DNA from: an uncultured Phycisphaerales bacterium
GTDB taxonomy: Bacteria; Planctomycetota; Phycisphaerae; Tepidisphaerales; Tepidisphaeraceae
Length of the DNA stretch: 64,000 nucleotides
Assembly: GCA_963758525.1 (NCBI GenBank)
Contig: CAVWVQ010000003.1
Span: 4,000,001-4,064,000 of the forward strand
Reading direction: 5' to 3'
In this document: piece by piece, positions 62,960 through 64,000 of the stretch
Position numbering within the stretch: position 1 is the stretch's first letter
How the letters are laid out: the number at the start of each line of letters is the position of its first letter
Notes under the pieces: generated by a model
Seen by the model: the letters and a program-made list of their open reading frames with translations, nothing else
Told to the model about the DNA's origin: nothing
Databases searched by the model: none
Program-made: the position numbers and the translations under genes

Positions 62960-64000
62960 ATGCTGAAATACATTGCCTGCGCAATCGATTTCGCTGCCAC
63001 TGTCGTTCGAGCCAATCGCAACACGCGCCACACGCCGCGGTCTTCCGGCAGAGCATGGGCGCGAATTGAGGGGCTGGAATCACGGCTCTTGCTGTCGACA
63101 GACGAGCCCACCGCTTCGATCAATACTCCGACCACCTGGGCGGCGGCCGGTTCTCCTTACAACCTGACGGGAACGGTGACCATCGCCGCAGGCGGGAGTC
63201 TGACGATTCAGTCAGGCGTCATGGTCACGCATTCCAACATAATTGGGGCCGAGTTGGATGTGGCCTCGGGCGGCACGCTTTCGGCCAATACGGTCGACTT
63301 TGAGGCCCCGGTGGTTGCTAAAGACGGCTCGCTCGGCTCTGTCGCCAATAGCACGTTCGGCGAGTCTCCCGAATTTGATCTGACGTCCCTGACAATCACC
63401 AGCGATGTGTTCAATGCGAACCCCACCGTCGATCCGACGTATGTTCCCAACCTCGGAGCCGGCGGCAATACGTTCGCCAGCGGGACGGTGGTCAATGTGA
63501 ATGGTCAGAGTGTGAACGTCCCGGTCAGTTGGCCGCTGATCACGAACGTGACGAGTTATAACGTGACGGGAAACGTGAACGTTGTTTCCGGCGGCGCGCT
63601 GACGATCGCGAACGGGGTGATGGTCACGCATTCCAACGTCATCGGGGCGGGATTGACGATCGCGACCGGCGGCATGCTGACGGCCGATACCGTGGATTTC
63701 GAGTGCAGCGTAACCGCTCATGATGGATCGCTTGGATCCGTGGACAACAGCACGTTTGGCGTGAGCAGCGAATTTGACGCTACGTCCATTACGCTCAGCA
63801 ACGATGTGTTTAACGCGAATCCGACCGTCGATCCGACGTTTGTGCCGACTCTCGCGGCAAACGGAAATACGTTCGTGTCCGGCACGGTCGTCAATGTAAA
63901 TGCCCAGAGCGTCAATACGTCGATCACCTGGCCGCTGATTATGAACGTCGCCAGTTACAATCTCGGCGGGACAGTGAACATTGTGGCCGGAGGATCGCTG
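62960..64000 (+). CDS. Large extracellular LEPR-XLL protein with 133-aa tandem repeats (3' truncated; absent from the ORF track)
   Basis: Open frame from ATG 62960, with IEGLESRLLLS and TTWAAAGSPYNLTGTVTI. ATGGTCACGCATTCCAAC recurs at 63221 and 63620 (399-nt period). Confidence 0.85.
   Translation, partial: MLKYIACAIDFAATVVRANRNTRHTPRSSGRAWARIEGLESRLLLSTDEPTASINTPTTWAAAGSPYNLTGTVTIAAGGSLTIQSGVMVTHSNIIGAELDVASGGTLSANTVDFEAPVVAKDGSLGSVANSTFGESPEFDLTSLTITSDVFNANPTVDPTYVPNLGAGGNTFASGTVVNVNGQSVNVPVSWPLITNVTSYNVTGNVNVVSGGALTIANGVMVTHSNVIGAGLTIATGGMLTADTVDFECSVTAHDGSLGSVDNSTFGVSSEFDATSITLSNDVFNANPTVDPTFVPTLAANGNTFVSGTVVNVNAQSVNTSITWPLIMNVASYNLGGTVNIVAGGSL

Overview
A GC-rich bacterial window, most likely Planctomycetota (Phycisphaerae-like). 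This is inferred from LEPR-XLL N-terminal motifs, a PEP-CTERM sorting signal, a planctomycete-type signal peptidase I and a PQQ/TPR giant. Core-like blocks lie at both ends: nuoL/nuoM, lepB, a UbiB kinase and an ECF sigma/anti-sigma pair on the left; mtnP, accBC, a Xaa-Pro peptidase and a flotillin pair on the right. Between them is a ~26 kb accessory region bracketed by inward-pointing tRNA-Ala and tRNA-Pro genes. It holds glycoside hydrolases and esterases, a ~3050-aa PEP-CTERM beta-strand-repeat protein and a mosaic of gene fragments. Many genes are split by 1-nt indels, probably long-read errors. Two things stand out. The first is an orphan 832-aa protein whose ubiquitin-conjugating (E2) fold lacks the catalytic Cys and is followed by long helical regions, a UEV-like pseudo-enzyme. 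The second is a dense set of intergenic repeats, including a telomere-like (GGGTTCA)n element at two loci and at least four palindromic REP/MITE-like families. No CRISPR array, transposase or integrase was recognised. All protein calls come from motif recognition by eye, without database searches.
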